From: a virus | Taxonomy: Duplodnaviria; Caudoviricetes | Strand: one strand, 5' to 3' | DNA length: 64,000 nt | IMG/VR virus record: IMGVR_UViG_3300033121_002118 | Coordinates: 32,001-96,000 of that record | Shown: positions 36,088 to 45,934 of the stretch, piece after piece | Layout of the letters: the number at the start of each line of letters is the position of its first letter | Numbering within the stretch: position 1 is the stretch's first letter | Position numbers and translations under genes: made by a program | The notes under the pieces: generated by a model | Seen by the model: only the letters and a program-made list of their open reading frames with translations | The model's database searches: none | What the model was told of the DNA's origin: nothing

Positions 36088-39000
36088 TCACGTCACCTCA
36101 GCATCGATAGATAGCAGGCCCGCATCAGCACCGAGCGGAGCGCCCGCGTCGATCAGGTCCTGCACGTCTCTGCCGATATCTTCGGCAAGGACGCCGTCAT
36201 GGCTGACGGACCCCACGGGCATAGGCATGCCCAGCTTGCGTGCCATGCGCTCAAGCATGGACCGAGTGTCGGCAGAGAGCACCAGAAGGCGCCTTGAGGT
36301 CCGCTCTGAGCCCTCGCCGAACGGGTCGCTGACGACTGCCTTGAACCAGCGCGAGTCGGTCGGATCCTCGACCGCGTGGTCGACCGACACCATCCTGCCG
36401 AAATCAGGCATGTGCGTCTTGGACGCCCCGTGCGTCCGCCTGCGGGACCTGTTGTGCAAGGCGCGCGCCAGCTGGCCACCCGGCTTGATCGGTAGCTGCC
36501 GAGCGCCCAATGAGGGCAGGCCGCGCGGACCATCGTGCTCAGGATCATCGACGCCAGTCAGGAGCTCGATCCCAGGATCCTCGTCCTCCTCGGGCTCCTC
36601 TCCTGCGTTGAGGTCCTCCTCAGGCTCTTCGTCGCCGCCTGCCTCACCGCCTCCGACGTCACCTGCGCCCTCGTCGCCGCCTCCTAGGTCGCCCAGGTCG
36701 CCCCCTTCATCGCCGCCTCCGAGATCACCCAGGTCGCCGCCTGCTCCTCCGCCCCCACCGAACAGGCTTCCGCCGCCTCCGCCAGCACCGCTGCCGCCGC
36801 CCCCCTCGGCCGCGTCGATGGCATCGTCGATCTGCTTGTCCAGCAACCTGTTCTCGTCGATTTCACGGATGCGCTCCTCGCTCAGGTCCAGCACCTCACG
36901 TCGCAGGTACTTCTTGTCGAGGAGGCCCTCGGGCGCGGAACCCGCGATCTCGAACCTGGCACGCATCAGCTCCAGCTTCTGCTGCTGCGCCACCGTGCTC
37001 GGGTTGGAGAGCTTGAGCGTGAAGTTGAGCAGGTCCTCTGTCTCGAAGCCATTGGCGAACAGGTGGATGATGGCGATCTTGTTGAGCTCGGCGATCACCA
37101 TCTTCTGGATGATCGCGATCGTGCGCGAGAACCTGATGTCCTCCTGGGCCAGCGTCGCCTTGCTGCTGAGCATCTCGTCATAACCCAGATACGCGCGCGG
37201 GATCTTGATGGCCGCGAACATCTTCTTCTGGATGTACTCGACGTCCTCGACCGCCGCCGTGTTCTGTCCGCCCGCGAGCGTGTCGATCTTCGTGCCAGAC
37301 TCGTTGCCGCGGACCGGGATGTAGTAGTCCTCGTCCACCGACATCGGGTTGTACCTGAGGTCGACCCTGCCCGTGCGTGCGTCCGTGACCTGATTGGCGC
37401 GGATGTGCATCTTGAGCTCCTCGGCCGCGGCCGGGATCGCCTCGGGGGGCATGTTGCCCACGTCGAAGTAAAACACCCTCCGCTCAGGGGCACGCGTGAT
37501 CCTGTAGACCAGCATGGCGTCCTCGATCAGGATCAGCTGGCGCCAGATGCGGCGGGCCGCCTCGAGCACCGAGGTCCCATACGGCAGGAACATGTCGTTG
37601 CCCAGGAGCCTGAAGTGGGCCACCTCCCAGTTCTCGAGGCGCCTGTTGCCCGTGATCCACTTGTACCGGACCGCGAACGGATCGCGCGGGTCGTAGTTCT
37701 CCTCACGCTCGATCTCATTGATGGCGATCGGGAAGACGTTCAGCACCCCGTGCTCGGCCGACACGTCGATGTAGAGGCACATGTCGCCGTACTTGCACGC
37801 GTTCCGGACCCAGGGCCGACCATTGAAGTCGATGTTGAGCGTGTCGTAGAACAGGTCCTCGAGGATGTCCTTGATGCGCGGGTTGTCGCTGTGGATGTGG
37901 AGGACGCGACCCTTCTCGTCCTGGGCCATCGTCTCGTCCGCGTAGATGTCGAGCGCGCTCGCGAGCTCGGGCGTGTTGTGCGACACCACAGAGTCTGTGG
38001 CGAAGTTCTTGTAGCCGTCGACCGTCAGGTCGTAGAGCGGCATCACGCCCGCGTACTCCACCGAGACCACCTTGTGGTTCTGGTGCTGGGCCGTGAAGTC
38101 GCTCCACCGCGCGTATCCGTACTGCGCCAGGCGCGACAGCACCGTGTTCTTGTTGGTGCCCTTCGGCAGCGCCTCGACCAGGCGCGGCAGGGTCATGCCG
38201 GGCGCGTACGCGTCGCACACCTGCTTGAAAGTGAGGGCGCAGGCGTTGCTGCCCTTGGGACGGCCGCCCTTGCGCGGCCTTTCGTCACCGTCGGCGACGA
38301 AGCCCATCGAGCTTCGCAGCTCCTGCCACGTGGTTCGGGCCCTCCGGGCCATGAACTTGTCGAGCACGTTCACGGTACAGCCCAGCTTGATCGCGAGCGA
38401 ACGCTTCGTGTCGGCGCGCTCGATGACACCTCTGATCAGCTCGATCGTGAGGTCCCTCGTCAAAAGCCCAGGTCGCCCTGCGCGGGTGATCGACTCCCTC
38501 TGACCGTCGACGTATGCAGCGACGAACTGCTCGAAGCTCGCGAACCCGTTCGCCACGAGCCTGTCGTAGACGATGTTCCACGTCACGTCGAGGGCAGACG
38601 TGATCTTGGGCATGCTGAAGCCCACCCGCTCTGCGACCTCAAGGATCCGTGCGAACGTCACGTCACGACGCTGCGTGGGTGCATGCTCCCGCATCCAAGC
38701 CGCATGACGCGCCTTGAACGTCTCGATCCACTCCCGGTTTTCCTCGCCCCACTTCACGGCGTTGTTGAGCACGGCGTGGTACGAGTCGTGGTCCGCCTTC
38801 GCCATGATCTGCAGGTTCACGGGCCTGTTGTCGGTCTTCACGAAGTTGACGTGGTGCACCACCTCGTCCTCAGCGAGCTTTCGACCTGCGACCCACTCGG
38901 CCACCAGCTGGTGCTCCTTGGTCCAGCCGCGGAAGCGCGGGTCCATCGTGTAGACCCAGCGGTAGCCCTTCGTGCCCTGCTCCGCGTTCTCGAACAGGTC

Positions 39001-39567
39001 CTTGCGGTAGAAGGGCATCATGGAGTCGCCCGGCTGCAGGTCCTCGACTCGGCGATACGTCCCGTCGCGCATCATGAGGCGGTGCTCCGGGCTGGCGGTG
39101 ATCGTCTGCCCGTTCTCGAACGTCACCTTCCAGGCATGGTCGACGCAGGTCTGTCGTGCCTGCTTGCCCAGGGCAGGCACGATCTGCCGACGTTCATGGT
39201 CGTATGCGTAGACAGTGAACGTCCGACCAGGCTGCGCAGCACACTGCGCCGAAAGTTCATCGATCCGAAAAAAACCGGTCGGCGAATCGGGCGATGGCAC
39301 CAGAGTATCACCAGTGAGTGAATACTCCATTTCTTGAAAATCTTGGTACCGCATGAGCCGCTCGCTCATGTTGTACGCCTGGCTCGTGATGCTGGCGTAC
39401 GCGGAACCATGGGCCTTCTGGAACAGGAGCATGCCCGACGACTTTTGGTCGGGCAGGATGGCAGACGTGTTGACGGCGCGCACCTTGCGCTTCACGACCG
39501 GCCCGCTGCGGAACAACCGTGCCAAGCGGGCGAACAGGCTCTGCGACGACTCTCTCCTCTTGGGCAC
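36088..39567 (-). CDS. gp20: Portal protein (gp20-like) containing an intein
   Basis: Y.DF.EME...PELASALDIYADE; WRQL.L.EDAMLVYRITRAPERRVFY.DVGN; EDYYIPVRG..GTKIDTL.G; L.QEDIRFSRTI. Confidence 0.93.
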   Translation of the reverse strand: MPKRRESSQSLFARLARLFRSGPVVKRKVRAVNTSAILPDQKSSGMLLFQKAHGSAYASITSQAYNMSERLMRYQDFQEMEYSLTGDTLVPSPDSPTGFFRIDELSAQCAAQPGRTFTVYAYDHERRQIVPALGKQARQTCVDHAWKVTFENGQTITASPEHRLMMRDGTYRRVEDLQPGDSMMPFYRKDLFENAEQGTKGYRWVYTMDPRFRGWTKEHQLVAEWVAGRKLAEDEVVHHVNFVKTDNRPVNLQIMAKADHDSYHAVLNNAVKWGEENREWIETFKARHAAWMREHAPTQRRDVTFARILEVAERVGFSMPKITSALDVTWNIVYDRLVANGFASFEQFVAAYVDGQRESITRAGRPGLLTRDLTIELIRGVIERADTKRSLAIKLGCTVNVLDKFMARRARTTWQELRSSMGFVADGDERPRKGGRPKGSNACALTFKQVCDAYAPGMTLPRLVEALPKGTNKNTVLSRLAQYGYARWSDFTAQHQNHKVVSVEYAGVMPLYDLTVDGYKNFATDSVVSHNTPELASALDIYADETMAQDEKGRVLHIHSDNPRIKDILEDLFYDTLNIDFNGRPWVRNACKYGDMCLYIDVSAEHGVLNVFPIAINEIEREENYDPRDPFAVRYKWITGNRRLENWEVAHFRLLGNDMFLPYGTSVLEAARRIWRQLILIEDAMLVYRITRAPERRVFYFDVGNMPPEAIPAAAEELKMHIRANQVTDARTGRVDLRYNPMSVDEDYYIPVRGNESGTKIDTLAGGQNTAAVEDVEYIQKKMFAAIKIPRAYLGYDEMLSSKATLAQEDIRFSRTIAIIQKMVIAELNKIAIIHLFANGFETEDLLNFTLKLSNPSTVAQQQKLELMRARFEIAGSAPEGLLDKKYLRREVLDLSEERIREIDENRLLDKQIDDAIDAAEGGGGSGAGGGGGSLFGGGGGAGGDLGDLGGGDEGGDLGDLGGGDEGAGDVGGGEAGGDEEPEEDLNAGEEPEEDEDPGIELLTGVDDPEHDGPRGLPSLGARQLPIKPGGQLARALHNRSRRRTHGASKTHMPDFGRMVSVDHAVEDPTDSRWFKAVVSDPFGEGSERTSRRLLVLSADTRSMLERMARKLGMPMPVGSVSHDGVLAEDIGRDVQDLIDAGAPLGADAGLLSIDAEVT
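36660..36810 (-). repeat. Gly/Asp low-complexity tandem repeat (GGDLGDLGGGDEG x2) in the portal C-terminal tail
   Basis: Translation GGDLGDLGGGDEGGDLGDLGGGDEG; span is approximate. Confidence 0.7.
37975..39321 (-). mobile_element. Intein (449 aa) with HNH endonuclease, inside the portal gene
   Basis: EMEY|SLTGDTLV..ITASPEHRL (block B)..EDEVVHHVNFVKTDNRPVNL (HNH)..LYDLTVDGYKNFATDSVVSHN|TPEL. Confidence 0.9.
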
Positions 39568-39617
39568 CCGGCCCCTCCCTCTCCTGCCCTATTCTAGGGC
39601 GCGGCGGCCAATGCGCC

Positions 39618-40055
39618 TCAGAAATACGTGTCAGATCCAGCACGTGCCTCGGCGTCCCGGGCATCGAGCAGACCCAGTCCGTCCAAGACGTCTGACAGCC
39701 CATTCGACTCAAACGCGGCCAGGATCCCCTTGCGGCCCACGGCGCGCCTGATCCTCGGCAGCAGCTTGCCCACGCGAACGTACGAGACGTCAGGCCCGCT
39801 GTCGGCCATGGTCCTGTACACGGCCAGCTTCTCGAGCTCCAGCTCCGGGTTTCGCGACGTCACGACCGAGTCCCAGGTGCCGTAGTGACCAGGCTCCTGC
39901 TCCTTCGACAGCGCCACAATCCTTGGATACCGCGTGATGACGGTGGTCAGGCTCCTGTGGGTCGAGATCCTGCGCGCCTTCCTGGTAGGAGCGCGGCGCG
40001 CCTCGGCCACGAGCTCCTGCCTGACCAGGAGCCTGAGGCGCTCGACCGTCCTCAC
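39618..40055 (-). CDS. Protein with divergent leader
   Basis: LRLLVRQELVAEA. Confidence 0.6.
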   Translation of the reverse strand: MRTVERLRLLVRQELVAEARRAPTRKARRISTHRSLTTVITRYPRIVALSKEQEPGHYGTWDSVVTSRNPELELEKLAVYRTMADSGPDVSYVRVGKLLPRIRRAVGRKGILAAFESNGLSDVLDGLGLLDARDAEARAGSDTYF

Positions 40056-40408
40056 TTGTCGTCCCCGTCGTCCGCGGTGACCCTCAGCCGGACCACCTTG
40101 GGCTCCTTGGGCTTCTTGGTGTACGAGGCAGGCGCCTCGACCATGTGCCCCAGGGCCTTCTGGATCCCGCCGAGCTGCACAGCGATCGACATCGCCACGG
40201 CGGGCATGTCCTTGGTCGCGTCCTGGAACGCCGAGCAGGCCTTCAGGAGCTTGCTCGCCGCGCCCACGAGCTTCGCGGTGGCCTCGTGGTCAGGGCCGAC
40301 GGGCTCATCTGCGAACTCACGCAGCCGCGCTCGACGCAGCTCCTCACCGATGATCTGGCGCACTCGCGTGACCGAGATCCCGGGCCTCTTCTTCTGCTGG
40401 GCACTCAC
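40052..40408 (-). CDS. Protein with divergent leader
   Basis: ISVTRVRQIIGEELRRARLRE; TACCTA box 5 nt before the GTG at 40408 (alternative ATG at 40414). Confidence 0.65.
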   Translation of the reverse strand: MSAQQKKRPGISVTRVRQIIGEELRRARLREFADEPVGPDHEATAKLVGAASKLLKACSAFQDATKDMPAVAMSIAVQLGGIQKALGHMVEAPASYTKKPKEPKVVRLRVTADDGDDK

Positions 40409-40421
40409 GTCCATAGGTATC

Positions 40422-42029
40422 TCAGCCTCCTAGCCACGAAAAATCGTTGAGGGCACCGGGCTTGGGCATCCGTCGCACGCCTCCGTACACCGCGTGCTGC
40501 AGCGAGGCGACGATGCGTGGATCGACCAGCGCCGTCACGGTCGTGGAAGGCATGGTGCTGACGTCGCGCCGCGTCACGGTCACGGCAGCGAGCATCGCGG
40601 TGCGCGACGCGCCCGCGCGGACTCCGCCACCGAAGATGCAGTCGAGCAGCCACGAGCCGATCGCCAGGCTGATCACGAGGTCGTCGTGGCTGTCCTTGCC
40701 TGCCTGGGCCTTCGCGCCGGCCCAGACGAAGGCCTGCATCTGGTCACAGAACCTGCGCGAGTAGATCCTGACGATCCTGTTCCTGATCAGCTCCTCCAGC
40801 TTCGTCAGGATCTGGGGCCGGGTGTTGCCTTGGGTCGGGAAACCGGGCACCTCGTCGTCGCTGTACGGCCTGTAATCGTACGCGTCCCCCACGGCGTCCT
40901 TGTAGTACAGCCGCGGGTACTTGTGGTGATCGCGCAGGCGCGTGCACGTGGAGAAGCCGAACGTGTTGTTTTCCGGCGCGATCAGGGCCTTGTTGTACAG
41001 CAGCCCGAACTCGTTCAGCAGGTCCCCCAGCTTGTCGGGCGGCACGCGCCCCATGTACTCGGCGACCACCTCGCACTCGTCGCAGTCGATCACGTGGAAC
41101 GTGGAGTAGTCGCCCTTGTCCCCCGACGTGCCCCTGGCCACGTCGGACGAGATCACGTACCTGTGCAGCGCCTTGGGATGCGCCCACACCCAGACGCCCC
41201 TGTCGAACCCCTTCTTTTCGATCGGATCCTTGATGTGCTTGCGGAGCCAGTCCAGGTCATCGGGCTGCAGGAAGGTCTCACCCGAGCTCAGAAAGTCGCA
41301 CAGGTATTCCTGCGCGATCTTTCTCTTGCCCATGCCGCGGGTCTCCTTCTCGAACCACTCCTGGTCGTGGTCAGGCCGGACGTCCCACATGAGCTTGATG
41401 TGGTTGAAGTCGTTCAGCTCGGCGACGGCGTCGGTCCACAGCTTGTAGTACTGGCCGCCCACGCCGTTGGGGGTCGACAGCAGGATGGCGCGCCCGCCCG
41501 TCGAGATCGTGGGCTGCAGGCCCGTCCAGATGTCCTCGAAGTTCTTGATCCAGGCCGCCTCGTCGATGATCAGCAGCGACAGCGCCTCGGAGCGGCCCGC
41601 GTCCTCCGACGTGGGGGTCGCCGTGATCTCGCTGCCGTTGCTGAAGGTGAGCTGGCTCTTGGTCTCACCCGCGAGCTTCGGCAGCACCAGCCACGGAGGC
41701 AGGTTCTGGAGCGCGAACTTGACCTTCTTGATGAAGTTGATCGCGGTCGACAGCTTCGTGGCGATGACCAGGATGCTGCGGTCCTTCTGGAAGATCGCCA
41801 TCCACAGCGCATACACGGCAGTGACTGTGGAGAGGCCGAGCTGGCGCGCCTTCAGCACGATGTTGAGCCGATGGCGCATGAAGTCGTTGATGCACTCCTC
41901 CTGGAAGGGCCAGAGCCTGAACGGCGTGTTGCCTCCCACGGGGGTCCGGACCCGGCAGTACTTCTTCATGAAGTAGATGGGATCGCGACCGCATCTGACG
42001 ATCTCCAGCTTCTGCTGCGTCGTCGCCAT
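40422..42029 (-). CDS. terL: Terminase large subunit (gp17-like)
   Basis: LKARQLGLST (Walker A), LLIIDEAAW (Walker B), LSTPNG, SSDVARG..DYS, ENN, HDDLVI. Confidence 0.96.
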   Translation of the reverse strand: MATTQQKLEIVRCGRDPIYFMKKYCRVRTPVGGNTPFRLWPFQEECINDFMRHRLNIVLKARQLGLSTVTAVYALWMAIFQKDRSILVIATKLSTAINFIKKVKFALQNLPPWLVLPKLAGETKSQLTFSNGSEITATPTSEDAGRSEALSLLIIDEAAWIKNFEDIWTGLQPTISTGGRAILLSTPNGVGGQYYKLWTDAVAELNDFNHIKLMWDVRPDHDQEWFEKETRGMGKRKIAQEYLCDFLSSGETFLQPDDLDWLRKHIKDPIEKKGFDRGVWVWAHPKALHRYVISSDVARGTSGDKGDYSTFHVIDCDECEVVAEYMGRVPPDKLGDLLNEFGLLYNKALIAPENNTFGFSTCTRLRDHHKYPRLYYKDAVGDAYDYRPYSDDEVPGFPTQGNTRPQILTKLEELIRNRIVRIYSRRFCDQMQAFVWAGAKAQAGKDSHDDLVISLAIGSWLLDCIFGGGVRAGASRTAMLAAVTVTRRDVSTMPSTTVTALVDPRIVASLQHAVYGGVRRMPKPGALNDFSWLGG

Positions 42030-42032
42030 CGA

Positions 42033-42416
42033 TCAGGCGAGCTCCATGATGGAGCGGCGCCTGTACATGGCTGTCCGCCGCGGGCTGTGCGGCGACGCGC
42101 CCACCAGCTCGAGCTCGTCCCGGGACGACAGCTCCTTCAGTGACAGTGACCTGCCCGCGAGCTCCTTGTACGTCGCCTTGACGCGCTTGACCTCGGCGGC
42201 CAGCACCGCCTCGGACTCGTCCGAGCACCGGCGCCGTGTCTGGATCCTCTCATGCTCAGTGCCGAAGTTCACGATGGCGACGTAGACGGCGGTCAGCCTG
42301 CCCCCGCCCATCGTGAACTTCACCGAACTCCCCGCCGTCTTGGGCGTCGACGAGCGCCCCCAGGTGGAATCGATTGCCTGCGCGAGCGCATTGTGGTCGA
42401 TCGTGCCCTCTGCCAT
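42033..42416 (-). CDS. Hypothetical protein
   Basis: LAQAIDSTWGRSS motif; AGGAGG and TACCTA upstream. Confidence 0.65.
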   Translation of the reverse strand: MAEGTIDHNALAQAIDSTWGRSSTPKTAGSSVKFTMGGGRLTAVYVAIVNFGTEHERIQTRRRCSDESEAVLAAEVKRVKATYKELAGRSLSLKELSSRDELELVGASPHSPRRTAMYRRRSIMELA

Positions 42417-42464
42417 GTCACCAGCTCCTCCTGTAGGTAGGAGGACGGCGGGCTGGGTGCGCTG

Positions 42465-42764
42465 TCAGTCGACCTCAAGCCTCAACGTGATCGGAGGCCT
42501 CAGCGCCGCGCGAGAGGCGACCTGCGCGCGTTCGGGCCGACGTCCGGCGCTCCAGGCGGCGCGATCGGGCTGCACCCACTCGAGCTCGCACGCGTGACAG
42601 CATCCGTGCTCCAGAAACGAGGCCTCGTCGTCTGACGATGCCATCGCCCGATCGCACAGCGGACAGCACATGGGGACGGGCGTCGCCACGTCGTCGGGCA
42701 TGACCAGGACGTAACCCACGCGGTCGAGCGCCGTCCTGTTTCGAGGAAGGGCGACGGCGGTCAC
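42465..42764 (-). CDS. Small Zn-binding hypothetical protein
   Basis: CPLC..GCC.AC..WV....W..G.RP; overlaps the SbcDC stop codon. Confidence 0.6.
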   Translation of the reverse strand: MTAVALPRNRTALDRVGYVLVMPDDVATPVPMCCPLCDRAMASSDDEASFLEHGCCHACELEWVQPDRAAWSAGRRPERAQVASRAALRPPITLRLEVD

Positions 42765-45700
42765 GGCGCCACCACCCTAGAGTCCTTCTCGATCTTCGTG
42801 ATCTCGAGGACATTGTCGGCGACGTCCTTGATCTCATCCACATGCGAGATCACCAGGATGCTCCTGAAGTAGCGCTTGAGAGACTGCAGCAGCCTACCGA
42901 CGGCCTCACGGCCCGAGTCGTCGAGCGAACCGAAGCCCTCATCGATGATGAACGTGTCGGTCTTGGGCAGAGACGACACGTTCGTGAGAGCCACCCTGAT
43001 GGCGATGGAGCTCACGAACTTCTCCATGCCGCTTCCCAGCTCGAGCAGCCGGCGAGAGTCGCCGTAGTTCAGGTAGGCGTCGAGGGCGTTGGTGTCCTCG
43101 TCCGCGTCCAGCTCGACCGTGAAGTCCACGATGCCGTGCAGGATGGAAGAAATCTCGGCGTTGATCATCGGCAGCTCCGCGGCCACGATCATGCGTGGGA
43201 TCCCGCGCTTCGAGCACCCCGCCATCACGAGCTCGTACAGCCTGAGCTGGCGCTCCAGGACTGCGAGCTCCCGTGCCGATTCCTGGCACCGCTCGAGGGC
43301 CTCGTGCGTCCTGCCCCTGTCGGTCGCGAGCCTGAGGCTGGATGAGTCGATCTCGTGCAGGCGCGTCCTCAGCGCGTCGAGCCGGGCACGGAGCCCGATG
43401 ACCTCCACGTTCTCGGTGGCGTCCCTGTCGCGGACCAGCTGGTCCCGACGTGCCTGGGCTTGCGACAGGTCGTCCTCGAGCTTGGGCAGGGAAGCGGCGA
43501 GGTGCTCGCGCCTGGCCTCAGACCGCGCACCGTCGATGGCCTCCTTGGACAAGAGCTCGACGGCACGGTCATGCTTCTTCAGTCGCTCCTCGATCCTCTC
43601 GGCAGCGGCCGCAGTCAGGTCCCGCTCCTTGTCCTCAAGGCGTGCAATCAGGTCGGAGACGGCGGCGCGCTGCGAGTCGAGCTTTGACTTGTCGACATGC
43701 GCGTCCTTGATGAAGCGGCAATCAGGAAAGCTATCGCCGCAAGGAACGCCTGCCAGCGTCTTGAGGGAACGAAGCGACCGGTCCAGCTCTGCCTTGGACG
43801 ATTCGACCATGTGCCGCAAGGCGTCCGTCGCCCTTGACAGCTCCGAGACCTGCGCAAGCCTCGCGCGGAGCTCCGCAGGATCATGCTTCTGCTTGACTGC
43901 CTCGAGGCGCTCCACGTCCTGCCGGCGCCTCTCCGCTGTCTCGTCGATCTGCGCCAATTCCCGTTTGACCGAGTCAAGTCGTCCACGTGCCAGGTCAAGG
44001 GCCCGGTCCTGGTCCTGCAGCTGCGCCTCAGTGACGGGCACGAAGCCGGAATGTCGGCCCAGCTCTGCTCGAACAGACTCCTCTTCCACGGCGTTCGCGC
44101 GCTTTTCGTCCTCCAGCGCCCGCAGCCCGAGGTCGAGCTCGGCGAGCCGATCGAGGCACCGGCGCTCCTCGGCGGCATGGTCGAGGACAGGACGCCGACG
44201 CAAGACATCGCGCAGCGACCGCGCGTCCTCCTTCGCGGCATCGTGCAGACGCTCGAACACGTCGATGTCGAGGAACCTGGCCAAGATCAGGCGCCGCTGC
44301 GTCGAACCTTCCCTGATGAAGCGCTCCACGTCGCCCTGCGCGCTCAGGGACGTGAGCTGGAAGTCGCGGGCCGTGCCGATCAGACCCTTGATCACCTTCT
44401 CGGTGTCGTAACGCTGCTCACCGCACAAGTCCCTGTAGGACCCGTCGGGCATGGCCTGGAAGACGTTCAGCGACGTCACTGCCTGCTGGATCCCCTTCCG
44501 GTTCTCGTGACGAACGGTCTGGCGCTCGATCAGGTAGTCGACGTCGTTCACGCCCACGACGAACCTAGACCTGCAGTAGGACCTCCTGGCGTTGATGACG
44601 TGCAGGTTCTCGATGGGCCCACGGTCAGTCGTGTTGAAGAGGGAGTACATGAGGGTGCCGACGATCGATGACTTACCCGACCTGTTGGGCCCGAAGATCC
44701 CCGTGATGCCCTGCAGCGCGTCAAAGTCGATCGAGTTGCCCTCTCCGTATGGAAACATGTTGTCGAACGTGAGACAGCGCAGGTTCCACCTGACGTTCCG
44801 CGCTCCGTCATCATCGGCACCGATCGCGCCCAGGTACCCCGCCAGCAGACGCGAGACCTCTTCCCAGTCGGCATCTGTGACAGACGTTGCCGCCGTACCA
44901 TGATGCTCCTTGAGAAGGCGCAGCAGCACCTCAGGGCTTCGCAGGTCGGCCTTCACGAGCCTGGAGCGATCAGGCGCGGCGACCTGCCGCGCAGACTGCC
45001 GCTCGACCTTGAACGTCACCTCGGTGGGCGCGCACGTCGTCCTGAGGACCCCCGTGAGGGCGCTCATGTCGCCCTGCGTCAGGTCATCGCCTCCCTTGAC
45101 GCGGCACCTGGACCCAGGCGGCAGCGGACCGGCCTTCGCGACCGTCTCCTCCGCGGAACCGCGCCACTCGAGCGTGACGAACGGTCGCGGGTTGGGGAGC
45201 GGTCGCTCCGTGACGTCGAAGTCGTCACGGGACCGGATGTCCCACAGCAGGTAGCAGTGCTCCCGGGCCTCTGCATAGTTCTGCTGGATGGGTGTGCCAG
45301 GGTACGAGATCCAAGGCTTGTCGCCCGGGCCCCTGCGAGCAAGGTGCTGGGTCCTGTGGATGTCGCCCAGGAAGACGAAGTCGTACGCCTCGAAGAAGGT
45401 CAGGTCGAGGCCACCTTCGATCTCCCAGTCGGTCTCTGACCGCGCGCCTGCGACCCCTCCGTGGTAACATGCGATGTTCACGCCTGCCGGCGTGGGCCGG
45501 ACGTCCTTCCAGCCCTGCTGGTCGAAGATGCCGAAGACGCACCAGCTGAAACCAGGCGCGAACTCGTACGTGCCGCTAGCCTTGTAGAGCCTGACCCGCG
45601 GATCCCCCAGCGCGTCGACGACAGGCGTGACGGCGTCCTGGCGTGTGGAGTTGACGAGATTGCCGTCGTGGTTACCCAACCGTAGATGCACGGTGGGCTG

Positions 45701-45934
45701 CCCGTCAGACCTGGGCACGGTCGCGTCGGCCAACAACCTAAGCCACCATGTCAGGAACTCGATGTACTCGGGCGTGATGCCTTGGGTCTTGGTGTGGAAC
45801 ACGTCGCCTTCGACTGCGATGTGCTCGACGCCCTGTGCCCGACAGTCAGCTGCGAAGGCCCGAAAGACCTCTCTTGCCTCATCATGTCGTGAAAGACCAC
45901 GAATGTGGATGTCTGCGGTATGCGCGATCTTCAC
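42761..45934 (-). CDS. Mre11/SbcD nuclease fused to Rad50/SbcC ATPase (gp47-gp46-like)
   Basis: ADIH, GDVFH, GNHD, LGDIH; GPNRSGKSS; CxxxxxxC hook-like motif; SGMEK; IIDEGFGSLD; ISH; GTG start at 45934. Confidence 0.9.
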   Translation of the reverse strand: MKIAHTADIHIRGLSRHDEAREVFRAFAADCRAQGVEHIAVEGDVFHTKTQGITPEYIEFLTWWLRLLADATVPRSDGQPTVHLRLGNHDGNLVNSTRQDAVTPVVDALGDPRVRLYKASGTYEFAPGFSWCVFGIFDQQGWKDVRPTPAGVNIACYHGGVAGARSETDWEIEGGLDLTFFEAYDFVFLGDIHRTQHLARRGPGDKPWISYPGTPIQQNYAEAREHCYLLWDIRSRDDFDVTERPLPNPRPFVTLEWRGSAEETVAKAGPLPPGSRCRVKGGDDLTQGDMSALTGVLRTTCAPTEVTFKVERQSARQVAAPDRSRLVKADLRSPEVLLRLLKEHHGTAATSVTDADWEEVSRLLAGYLGAIGADDDGARNVRWNLRCLTFDNMFPYGEGNSIDFDALQGITGIFGPNRSGKSSIVGTLMYSLFNTTDRGPIENLHVINARRSYCRSRFVVGVNDVDYLIERQTVRHENRKGIQQAVTSLNVFQAMPDGSYRDLCGEQRYDTEKVIKGLIGTARDFQLTSLSAQGDVERFIREGSTQRRLILARFLDIDVFERLHDAAKEDARSLRDVLRRRPVLDHAAEERRCLDRLAELDLGLRALEDEKRANAVEEESVRAELGRHSGFVPVTEAQLQDQDRALDLARGRLDSVKRELAQIDETAERRRQDVERLEAVKQKHDPAELRARLAQVSELSRATDALRHMVESSKAELDRSLRSLKTLAGVPCGDSFPDCRFIKDAHVDKSKLDSQRAAVSDLIARLEDKERDLTAAAAERIEERLKKHDRAVELLSKEAIDGARSEARREHLAASLPKLEDDLSQAQARRDQLVRDRDATENVEVIGLRARLDALRTRLHEIDSSSLRLATDRGRTHEALERCQESARELAVLERQLRLYELVMAGCSKRGIPRMIVAAELPMINAEISSILHGIVDFTVELDADEDTNALDAYLNYGDSRRLLELGSGMEKFVSSIAIRVALTNVSSLPKTDTFIIDEGFGSLDDSGREAVGRLLQSLKRYFRSILVISHVDEIKDVADNVLEITKIEKDSRVVAP

